Shown here: positions 56,215 to 64,000 of the stretch, one piece after another
How the letters are laid out: the number at the start of each line of letters is the position of its first letter
Numbering within the stretch: position 1 is the first letter of the stretch
From: an uncultured Candidatus Saccharibacteria bacterium
Lineage (GTDB): Bacteria > Patescibacteriota > Minisyncoccia > Phycocordibacterales > CSBR16-119
Direction: 5' to 3'
Length of the DNA: 64,000 nucleotides
NCBI GenBank assembly: GCA_964531475.1
Contig: CAZHCS010000001.1
Location: 112,739 to 176,738 of the forward strand
Translations under genes and position numbers: made by a program
The notes under the pieces: model-generated
Told to the model about the DNA's origin: nothing
The model's input: only the letters and a program-made list of their open reading frames with translations
Databases searched by the model: none

Positions 56215-57087
56215 ATGAGGCAGTTAAAGATTGCGAAGCAGGTCACGAACCGCGACACACCGTCGCTCGACAAGTACCTGACGGAGATAGGCAAGGTGAA
56301 GTTGATCACGGCTGCCGAGGAAGTGGAATTGGCGCAACGCATCAAACGCGGTGATCACACCGCCTTGGAAGCGCTCACGAAAGCCAACCTCCGTTTCGTG
56401 GTATCGGTAGCCAAGCAGTACCAAGGCCATGGCCTTACATTGCCCGACCTCATCAGCGAAGGCAACCTCGGCCTCATCAAAGCAGCCACCCGCTTCGACG
56501 AGACGCGCGGCTTCAAGTTCATCAGCTATGCCGTGTGGTGGATCCGCCAGCAGATCCTGCAGAGCCTGGCCGAACAAGCCCGCTTCGTACGCTTGCCACT
56601 CAATAGAATCGGATCCATTAACCGAATCGGCAAGGCCATCGCTAAGCTCGAGCAGGAGAATGAACGAACACCGAACGAATTAGAGCTGGCCGAGGTACTC
56701 GATATGACTGTCGACGACGTACGACTCCTACTCTTGGATGCCAGACGTCACGTCAGTATGGATGCACCGTTACCGGGTTCATATTCCGAGAGCAGCATGC
56801 ATGAGGTATACAAAGACCCTGCTGCCGTAAGCGCCGAGGAAATTCTCATTGACGAAGACCGAAAGAGTACTATCATAAGCGTTTTGGATACCTTGCCCGA
56901 ACGTGAAGCTGATGTGCTTATTCGCTTTTATGGACTCAAGGGTAAGCATCCAGAAACATATGAAGAGATCGGTCGAAAGCTCGGACTCACCAGGAGACAC
57001 GTAAGCCTGATCAGACAGCGAGCCTGTAGTCGGCTCAGAAAGTCGGGAAAACGCAACAAGGTACTGAGACATACGTCAAGTAACTAG
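56215..57087 (+). CDS. RpoD/SigA-family sigma factor, Bacteroidota-like (no region 1.1)
   Basis: MRQLKIAKQVTNR..SLDKYL, ANLRFVVSVAKQYQ, FDETRGFKFISYAVWWIRQ; alternative start 56203. Confidence 0.92.
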   Translation: MRQLKIAKQVTNRDTPSLDKYLTEIGKVKLITAAEEVELAQRIKRGDHTALEALTKANLRFVVSVAKQYQGHGLTLPDLISEGNLGLIKAATRFDETRGFKFISYAVWWIRQQILQSLAEQARFVRLPLNRIGSINRIGKAIAKLEQENERTPNELELAEVLDMTVDDVRLLLLDARRHVSMDAPLPGSYSESSMHEVYKDPAAVSAEEILIDEDRKSTIISVLDTLPEREADVLIRFYGLKGKHPETYEEIGRKLGLTRRHVSLIRQRACSRLRKSGKRNKVLRHTSSN

Positions 57088-57099
57088 CACTTTACGAGG

Positions 57100-57128
57100 A
57101 AGCCCCGCGCTACGGCGCGGGGCTTTTT
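57100..57128. terminator. Intrinsic terminator
   Basis: AAGCCCCGCGC-tacg-GCGCGGGGCTTTTT. Confidence 0.8.
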
Positions 57129-58163
57129 CTATTTATCATCTTCTACGAGATTCATGACAGCAATCTCAAGCGGTAGTGCCTTAACCGATGCGTACTTCAT
57201 CCGCTCCCCCGCCTCGATAAGAGCAATGAGAGATTTTGAATTCAAATGTTTTGATGACGCCCCCGAAAGTTCAGTAATAAATGAGCGTTCGTCATCGGAA
57301 ACATGAGCAAGTAGCGTGTCTTGGTCCCCGCCATAACGAATCAAGAGTGCGAGACGAGCTTTCTCAAGAATAAGTTTTAGAAAAAGCTCCATATCTACGT
57401 TGTCACGGGCGGCCGCGGCGATGGCGGCAAGAGCCGCGGCCGCATCACGCGTGCCGATGCCAGAGAGAGCGGCATTGACCAGTTCGCCCTTGGGCGCACC
57501 GGTCACAAGCTCGACATCTTCGCGCGAAATCTTTTTACCAGAAGACGACGCTATTACTTTTTGTAAAATACCGTGAGTGTCGCGGAAAGATCCGTCGCCA
57601 ACAAGTGCAATGAGTTCCGCCCCAGCCGCATCTATGGAAAAACCCTCTTGTTTCCCGACCGACATAACCAATTCAGCCAAAAGACGCACGTTCGGTTTTT
57701 TGAAAGTAAAAACTTGGCAACGGGAAATGATAGTTTCCGGAACTTTCTCAAGTTCGGTCGTAGCCAAGATAAAAATAACGTGCGCCGGCGGCTCTTCAAG
57801 GGTTTTTAAAAGTGCGTTCCAAGCTTCCTTGGTAAGCATGTGAACTTCGTCGATAATATAAACTTTGTATCGCGAACGAAAAGGCAAAGTAGAAACACCG
57901 TCACGCAAAGCACGGATATCATCGATACCTCTGTTCGAGGCAGCATCTATTTCGTATATATCTTCGGGCGCCGTCTCTAGTTCTTTGGCAATAATACGCG
58001 CAACGGTAGTCTTTCCGGTACCGCGTGAACCGTGTAGCAAATAACTATGCGCTACGGTGCCCTGCTTGATAGATTGAGCAATGACCGAAACTATATGATC
58101 TTGACCGACGACTTCGCCCCAAACAGTTGGGCGGTATTTTCTATATAACGCTTCTTTTGACAT
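57129..58163 (-). CDS. dnaX: DNA polymerase III subunit gamma/tau (short form)
   Basis: LYRKYRP, GSRGTGKTT, EIDAASNRGIDD, IIDEVHML, SRC. Confidence 0.95.
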   Translation of the reverse strand: MSKEALYRKYRPTVWGEVVGQDHIVSVIAQSIKQGTVAHSYLLHGSRGTGKTTVARIIAKELETAPEDIYEIDAASNRGIDDIRALRDGVSTLPFRSRYKVYIIDEVHMLTKEAWNALLKTLEEPPAHVIFILATTELEKVPETIISRCQVFTFKKPNVRLLAELVMSVGKQEGFSIDAAGAELIALVGDGSFRDTHGILQKVIASSSGKKISREDVELVTGAPKGELVNAALSGIGTRDAAAALAAIAAAARDNVDMELFLKLILEKARLALLIRYGGDQDTLLAHVSDDERSFITELSGASSKHLNSKSLIALIEAGERMKYASVKALPLEIAVMNLVEDDK

Positions 58164-58175
58164 GAAGGTATTGTA

Positions 58176-59189
58176 TCACACCGTGAATTCGGACTCGGAA
58201 GGATTAAAATTTGCCAAAAATTCCCTTGTTAATCTCTCGATAGTTTCATAATCACTAGCTTCCATGAGTTCGATGCGCAATTCTTTTGCACCATGAAAAC
58301 CGTTCACATAGGCTTTGTAATGCTTTTTCATGAGAGCAAAATTTTTCTTCTCGCCAATAAGCTCAATAAAAAGTTTCGTGTGTTTAAGCATGGTTTCAAG
58401 ACGCTCTACCATACCGACCTCCCCCTTGGATTCATCAAAAAGCCAAGGTCTTCCGAAAATAGCCCGTCCAAGCATGACACCATCGCAACCACTTACCTGC
58501 GCCTTGTCTCTGGCATCAGAGATATCTCTTGCGTCACCGTTACCAATTACTAGTGTTTCCGGAGATATTTGGTCACGAAGTCGCAAGATTTCTGGCATAA
58601 GTTCCCAGTGGGCCGGAACTAACGACATTTCTTTTCTGGTGCGCAAATGAAAAGTTACTGCAGGCAATTTCCATGACAAAACTTCTTTGACCCAATTCCA
58701 TTCAAGCGAGTTATACCCGATGCGAGTTTTTATAGTAACTGGGATTTCTCGACCGGCAGACTCGACGCCTCGACGAGCTGCTTCAAGAATGCTTTTTGCG
58801 AGCTCTGGATCGCGCATCGAATACGCGCCGGATTTGGACTTTTCTATAGAACGATCCGGGCATCCCATATTTATATCGATGCCGTCAAAACCAAGTTCGG
58901 CACACAACCGCGCCGCAAATTCCATGTTCGCTGGATTACCGCCAAATAGCTGCGCAATAATAGGTCGTTCAGCTTCGGTATACAAAAGATCTATAGACAA
59001 AGCTTCGCGCCCTTTGTCGGATGCGAGCCCGTCAGCCGAAACAAACTCTGTCCATGTTGCATCGGGAGCCTGGTGGTCAGCTATGAGCTTACGAAATGCA
59101 CGGTCGGTTACGTCAGCCATAGGGGCCAAGACGAAAAACGGACGCCGGTCCTTTAGATTTTTCCAGAAGCCGAAATTAATTTCTTGCAT
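58176..59189 (-). CDS. tRNA-dihydrouridine synthase
   Basis: LAPMADVTD, DINMGCP, IGNGD, GVMLGR. Confidence 0.92.
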   Translation of the reverse strand: MQEINFGFWKNLKDRRPFFVLAPMADVTDRAFRKLIADHQAPDATWTEFVSADGLASDKGREALSIDLLYTEAERPIIAQLFGGNPANMEFAARLCAELGFDGIDINMGCPDRSIEKSKSGAYSMRDPELAKSILEAARRGVESAGREIPVTIKTRIGYNSLEWNWVKEVLSWKLPAVTFHLRTRKEMSLVPAHWELMPEILRLRDQISPETLVIGNGDARDISDARDKAQVSGCDGVMLGRAIFGRPWLFDESKGEVGMVERLETMLKHTKLFIELIGEKKNFALMKKHYKAYVNGFHGAKELRIELMEASDYETIERLTREFLANFNPSESEFTV

Positions 59190-59254
59190 AAGTTTAGTGA
59201 TAAGTATCAAGTAGTAGGTATCAAAGAATAGAGCCCAAACTTGATACTTTATAC

Positions 59255-60136
59255 TTACTGCTTAATACTTGTTTCTTCGAACCTGTACAATACCCTGCCC
59301 TGGAATCGCGTGTCAATGTATTCCAAGTACAGAGGGCGTTCAGCAAACACAGCTTTGAAATCTGCCTCGCCAACAGCGGCTTCTACCTTGCGTAGCGTCG
59401 AAATCAAAGACTCGTCTTCGTTGAACAAAAGAGTTGCGAATTTGCCTGTCAAAGAAGGATGGTCAAGAAGAAGCGTATGTTGTCCATCAAGCCCGATAAC
59501 TACAGAGTGTGCTGGTAGCCCTATGTCCGCTAAGCCTTCAACAAAATCAGAAAACTGCGCCATACTGCTCGTAGTAGCCAGAGTTGTTCCAATAGGCTGT
59601 GTCGGATCTGAAATACCGCCATAAAACACAAGATAAACTCCATCGGTAAAAAAAGGAGCCCTATCGAAAATAAAACCTCCATGATCTATAAAGTAACAAG
59701 GGTTTGATTTAAATCTTTCTTCATAGAGAGGCGCGTCAGAGCCGCACCAAGCATAGGCTGCGGTACGCTCTTTTATTTCTATGATTAGACTAGAGCCGTT
59801 ACGCTCGATAGACGTGACAGATTCTATTCTAGGAAAAAGTTCGGAGACTTTAGAAGATATTCGTTCTTTGGAAAACAAAAATATATTACCGCGCGCGTAA
59901 ACGAGCGCCTGATTACCATTCAAATATTCACGAATACGAGCAGAAACTTCTTCCGGAGAAACAATGCGCGTGCCTTCTACCAAAACATCGGTGATCAAAA
60001 GTTTTGGCAAATGCGACAACGCGCCCAGTCCAAAAAAAAGTGCGGCAAGCAAAAAAATACCGAGAGTGAATCTACCTAACGCCCTGCGGCGCACTTCTAC
60101 CTTGACTGCTGACGGACTAGGAGCGACATGCCTCAT
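59255..60136 (-). CDS. FtsQ/DivIB-like POTRA protein
   Basis: TM, POTRA-like segment, IEIKER, YIDTRFQGRV. Confidence 0.7.
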   Translation of the reverse strand: MRHVAPSPSAVKVEVRRRALGRFTLGIFLLAALFFGLGALSHLPKLLITDVLVEGTRIVSPEEVSARIREYLNGNQALVYARGNIFLFSKERISSKVSELFPRIESVTSIERNGSSLIIEIKERTAAYAWCGSDAPLYEERFKSNPCYFIDHGGFIFDRAPFFTDGVYLVFYGGISDPTQPIGTTLATTSSMAQFSDFVEGLADIGLPAHSVVIGLDGQHTLLLDHPSLTGKFATLLFNEDESLISTLRKVEAAVGEADFKAVFAERPLYLEYIDTRFQGRVLYRFEETSIKQ

Positions 60137-60139
60137 AGG

Positions 60140-61405
60140 CTAAGCGCCGATTATCTCTTTTGGAAAATATTTCCGAAGAGCGGCCGGGACTCGGACGGAG
60201 CCATCGGCCTGCTGGAAGTTTTCGATAAGCGAAACAAGGATGCGCGGCGTCGGGATTGCTGTACAGTTTAGCGAGTGTGCAAATCGCAACTTGCCTTCGG
60301 CGTCCTTGTAGCGAATATTAAAGCGGCGTGTTTGAAAGTCGTGGAAATACGACGCAGATGAAATCTCTCGATACTTCTCTTCGCCCGGAACCCAAAGCTC
60401 GATGTCGTATTTCTTGACCTGACCAAGCCCCAAGTCGCCGCCGCAATTCATGACAGTGTGATACGGTATCCCAAGCGACTCGATGAATTCTTCGGTATTC
60501 CTGTTAAGCCATTCATGGAATTTTACCGAATCTTCATGCGAAGCTTCGCACAACATAACCTGTTCGACTTTGTAAAATTCGTGCACGCGGATCAATCCCT
60601 TTACGTCCTTTCCATGACTTCCCGCCTCGCGACGGTAGCATGGCGAAAATCCAAGAAACTTGATCGGCAGTTCTGCTGCAGAAAGCACTTCATTCGAATA
60701 GTAGCCCATTATTGGAACTTCGGCGGTACCAGAAAGATAATCGTTATCCTGGGTCTCGAACAAATCTTCGGCATCGTTAGGCAAATGCCCGGTACCATAA
60801 AAATGTTCTTTACGAACTATTGCTGGTGCGAGTACTGGAGTAAAGCCTTTTGCCCCAAAGAAATCCATCGCATATTGCCAAATAGCCATGGACAAGAGCG
60901 CGCCGTCATTTTTGAGGAAATAACCACGAAAGCCGTGAACCTTTGCCCCGCGCTCAAAATCAGCCATGTCGAGGGCCTTCATGATCTCGATATGATCTTT
61001 GGGTACAAAATCAAACTTTGTTTTTTCGCCCCAAACTTTTACTTCTTTGTTTTCTGCATCAGAATCACCTTCTGGTACTGACATATCAGGAACGTTCGGG
61101 ACACGTAACATAAAATCACGCCATACCTCCATGACGGTCTTGAGCTTCTCTTCTTTTAGTCTTAGCTCTTCTTTTACGAGCTGCATGTTGCGGATAAGCT
61201 CGGCTTTGGCGGCCTGATCAGTTATCTGTGGTATACGGTCGGAGACGGCGTTCTGCTCTGCGCGCATTGACTCTACTTCGCCAAGAATAATGAGGCGCTC
61301 GTCGTCGACCTTTAAAAGCTCCTTAAGGTCTATTTTGACGCGCTTTTTCTTGGCGGCCATTTCGACAATATCGAAGTTTTCCCGAATGAATTTGATATCT
61401 AGCAT
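60140..61405 (-). CDS. serS: Serine--tRNA ligase
   Basis: MLDIKFIREN, GTAEVP, CYRREAG...GLIRVHEF, AHSLN. Confidence 0.96.
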   Translation of the reverse strand: MLDIKFIRENFDIVEMAAKKKRVKIDLKELLKVDDERLIILGEVESMRAEQNAVSDRIPQITDQAAKAELIRNMQLVKEELRLKEEKLKTVMEVWRDFMLRVPNVPDMSVPEGDSDAENKEVKVWGEKTKFDFVPKDHIEIMKALDMADFERGAKVHGFRGYFLKNDGALLSMAIWQYAMDFFGAKGFTPVLAPAIVRKEHFYGTGHLPNDAEDLFETQDNDYLSGTAEVPIMGYYSNEVLSAAELPIKFLGFSPCYRREAGSHGKDVKGLIRVHEFYKVEQVMLCEASHEDSVKFHEWLNRNTEEFIESLGIPYHTVMNCGGDLGLGQVKKYDIELWVPGEEKYREISSASYFHDFQTRRFNIRYKDAEGKLRFAHSLNCTAIPTPRILVSLIENFQQADGSVRVPAALRKYFPKEIIGA

Positions 61406-61439
61406 GAGGGCATTATACAAAAATGTTATGATTTAGGGA

Positions 61440-62294
61440 ATGCCACAGATCATCAAAATAATTTCGAACATTCCCGAGAAACTAAAGGAAATAAACGATC
61501 CCCCGAAAAAGCTATATATTGAAGGGGAGCTTCCCAAGGATACCAATCTAAAATATCTTGCCGTTGTTGGATCTCGCAATTTTACGACATATGGAAAACT
61601 CGCTTGTGAGCGGATAATTGATGGCCTAGCCGGATACCCCATCGTCATTGTTTCGGGGCTCGCACTTGGGATAGATGCTATCGCTCATGAATCAGCACTA
61701 AGAAATAAATTGATAACGATAGCCATGCCGGGCTCGGGCATAGCGGAAAAAGTCATCTCACCGCGCACAAACTATCTCCTTTCGCGCGAAATACTAAAAA
61801 GAGGCGGGTGCATAATTTCAGAGCTAGAGCCCGAGATGTCCGGAGCAAATTGGACATTTCCTCGTCGTAATCGTCTAATGGCCGGACTTTGTGACGCAGT
61901 ACTTCTGATTGAAGCGAAAGAAAAATCTGGAACACTCATCACAGCCAGACTCGCAATGGAATATAATCGTGATGTTCTCGTAGTACCGGGGGAAATTTTT
62001 TCTGAAACGTCAAAAGGTACGAACAAGCTCTTGAAAGATGGCGCCCATCCGTGTCTTGGGGCCAAAGAAGTTTTGGAAATGCTTGGTTTCAAAGAACAAG
62101 AAAAAATTGAAAAGACGTATGATGATTGCACAGACATTGAAAAGAAACTACTCGATCTTCTATACGAACCAGCACCAAAAGAATCACTCTTACTCCGCTA
62201 CGACGGCTCGGCAACGGACTTCAATATGGCGCTTTCTTTGCTTGAATTGAAAGGACACATCAAAGAAACGATGGGAGAAATAAGGAAGGTTTAA
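61440..62294 (+). CDS. dprA: DNA-processing protein DprA
   Basis: AVVGSR, IVSGLALGID, FPRRNRLMAG, SGTLITA. Confidence 0.95.
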   Translation: MPQIIKIISNIPEKLKEINDPPKKLYIEGELPKDTNLKYLAVVGSRNFTTYGKLACERIIDGLAGYPIVIVSGLALGIDAIAHESALRNKLITIAMPGSGIAEKVISPRTNYLLSREILKRGGCIISELEPEMSGANWTFPRRNRLMAGLCDAVLLIEAKEKSGTLITARLAMEYNRDVLVVPGEIFSETSKGTNKLLKDGAHPCLGAKEVLEMLGFKEQEKIEKTYDDCTDIEKKLLDLLYEPAPKESLLLRYDGSATDFNMALSLLELKGHIKETMGEIRKV

Positions 62295-62466
62295 AGATCA
62301 AAATATTCCTTCAACTTTTCACTTCCACCAACTTTTTCATATTGGTAACAATAAATAATAAAACTATAGATTAACTACCTACTGATCATCACCAGATTTT
62401 CTAAACATCAACTGATTATCAACTCAAAAGTTGCAGAAAAACTTTTTTTATAGTTTACTGATGGGC

Positions 62467-64000
62467 ATGACGAAACTCCTTATCGTCGAATCACCCGCAA
62501 AAGCCAAAACAATCGAGAAATATCTCGGCGATGACTACCGCGTCATGGCCTCTGTCGGACACATTCGCGACCTTCCGAAATCAAATAAAAAAGCCGTCGA
62601 TATCGAGGCCGGCTTTGTCCCCCACTACGAAATCTCTCCTGTAAAAAAGAAGGTTGTTTCCGAGCTTAAAGCCGCGGCAAAGAAAGCCGACGAGGTCATT
62701 CTCGCGACCGACCTCGACCGCGAAGGCGAAGCTATTGCATGGCACCTTTCCGAAGCACTCGACCTCAAAAAGCCGAAGCGCATAACCTTTAACGAAATAA
62801 CCAAAGAAACTATCCAAGAAGCCGTAAAGCACCCTCGTCAAATAGATGACAACTTGGTGCAGGCACAAGAGGCGCGCCGTGTTCTCGATCGACTCTTTGG
62901 CTACGATCTCTCCGGCCTGATTTGGAAAAAAGTCCGCTACGGTCTCTCGGCTGGGCGAGTCCAGTCGCCAGCGCTGCGCATCATCATGGAACGCGAACGC
63001 GAAATCCGCGCCTTCAAACCAGAAACATACTATATATTGACTGCGCTTCTCAAAAAGGGCGAGGAGATGCTCTTTACCTGCGACAAAGAGATTTGGGACA
63101 AGACTGAAGCAGAAGATATCCTTAAAAAAGGTAATGCCGGTTCGTGGTCAGTCGTGTCCATAAAAGAAAGCGAACAGCAGCGCCAGGCGCGTCCTCCGTT
63201 TACGACTTCGACACTTCAACAGGTCGCTTCGACTCGACTTGGGTTCGCCCCATCGCGCACCATGGGTGTCGCACAAAAGCTCTACGAAAATGGCTTCATC
63301 ACCTACATGCGTACTGATAGTCAAAATCTTTCCAAGGGCGCCCAGGCCGAAATGCTTTCGTGGGTTCAAAAGAATCTAGGCAAAGAATACGCACAGGCGA
63401 ATGTATACGCTAAAAAATCCAAGAACGCCCAAGAAGCCCACGAGGCCATCCGTCCAACACACCCTTTGGAGCGCTCTATCAACGGCACCGACGACGAGCA
63501 AAAACTATACCGACTCATTTGGGAACGCGCGATCGCGTCTCAAATGGTCCCAGCCAAAGTCTTGAAGACGAAAGTCTCGGCAAATATAAAAGATGAATCA
63601 ATTCCAAATTTCTCGATCAACGGATCACGCGTTCTCTTCCCCGGCTGGCTAGCTGTCGACACCCGAGCTCGTGGCGAAGACACTGAAGTGCCGAAATTAA
63701 ACGAAGGCGATGAGCTCGATCTCACAAAGATGGATTCTGAGGAAAAGCAAACCGAGCCACCGAGCCGCTATACCGAAGCGGGGTTAGTCAAAGAGCTCGA
63801 AAAGCGCGATATCGGTAGACCTTCGACGTATGCTTCAATCATACGCACTATCGAAGAGCGTGGTTATGTGACCAAACAGGGCCGCACTCTTTTCCCGACC
63901 GAAACCGGAGACGTCGTGTCGACATTCATCGAGAATAATTTCGGCGAATATATTTCTGACTCGTTTACAGCTGAAATGGAAGGAAAGCTCGACCAGATTG
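62467..64000 (+). CDS. topA: DNA topoisomerase I (runs off window edge)
   Basis: Not in ORF track. MTKLLIVESPAKAKTI, ATDLDREGEAIAWHL, SAGRVQS, ITYMRTDS, AQEAHEAIRPT, IGRPSTYA. Confidence 0.96.
   Translation, partial: MTKLLIVESPAKAKTIEKYLGDDYRVMASVGHIRDLPKSNKKAVDIEAGFVPHYEISPVKKKVVSELKAAAKKADEVILATDLDREGEAIAWHLSEALDLKKPKRITFNEITKETIQEAVKHPRQIDDNLVQAQEARRVLDRLFGYDLSGLIWKKVRYGLSAGRVQSPALRIIMEREREIRAFKPETYYILTALLKKGEEMLFTCDKEIWDKTEAEDILKKGNAGSWSVVSIKESEQQRQARPPFTTSTLQQVASTRLGFAPSRTMGVAQKLYENGFITYMRTDSQNLSKGAQAEMLSWVQKNLGKEYAQANVYAKKSKNAQEAHEAIRPTHPLERSINGTDDEQKLYRLIWERAIASQMVPAKVLKTKVSANIKDESIPNFSINGSRVLFPGWLAVDTRARGEDTEVPKLNEGDELDLTKMDSEEKQTEPPSRYTEAGLVKELEKRDIGRPSTYASIIRTIEERGYVTKQGRTLFPTETGDVVSTFIENNFGEYISDSFTAEMEGKLDQI

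Noticed and set aside
620-57128. Stand-alone orphan genes as integron cassettes
   Set aside because: They are dispersed, carry their own promoters, have no shared attC-like site, and no integron integrase is present.
57129-58163. Short dnaX as a pseudogene or frameshift product
   Set aside because: AAA+ and collar regions are intact and it ends at a terminator with no downstream tau remnant; a short form is plausible in a reduced genome.
37-63725. Many overlapping ORF-track entries (e.g. 37-504, 3633-4295, 18606-19337, 31473-32435, 62581-63725)
   Set aside because: Antisense or alternate-frame shadows of well-supported genes with no motifs or expression signals.
1-64000. UGA recoding (genetic code 25)
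   Set aside because: Conserved genes are uninterrupted under code 11 and TGA ends several of them (mrdA, rsmH, dus).

Overview
A 64-kb chromosomal segment with the gene content and compact organisation of a Patescibacteria (CPR, most likely Parcubacteria/OD1) genome, using genetic code 11. Housekeeping genes include prfA, rpmE2, rplY, a split-transketolase/rpe/class I aldolase/rpiB/gap cluster, gatB, obgE, mraZ-rsmH-ftsL-like-PBP, lysS, greA, typA, dnaX, serS, dprA-topA, tRNA-Glu(CTC) and tRNA-Gln(TTG). Most carry a -10 box 6-8 nt before the ATG, which suggests leaderless mRNAs. Four less ordinary layers sit on this backbone. (1) Four copies of an 86-122 bp hairpin element (ATCCCGTTAG...CTAACGGGAT) lie exactly at start codons, duplicate ATGMA, share one orientation and show compensatory stem changes. 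(2) About 13 stand-alone orphan genes have a different expression signature (TTGAC-17-TANNNT promoter, A/C-rich leader without Shine-Dalgarno, intrinsic terminator). Three of them encode RNA-polymerase-related proteins: a Bacteroidota-like primary sigma with an altered region 4.2, a Bacteroidota-like DksA, and an alpha-CTD-like protein. (3) Two REP-associated HUH tyrosine transposases each have their own inverted REP pair, and one REP copy sits in frame inside gatB. (4) A four-helix-bundle gene is bracketed by inverted 7-bp-period TAG arrays, with empty and half copies nearby. Also noted: a REP-interrupted duplicate of the gatB 5' end coupled to the intact gene, and an AGG where obgE should start. 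All family assignments are from motif recognition by eye; no searches were run.
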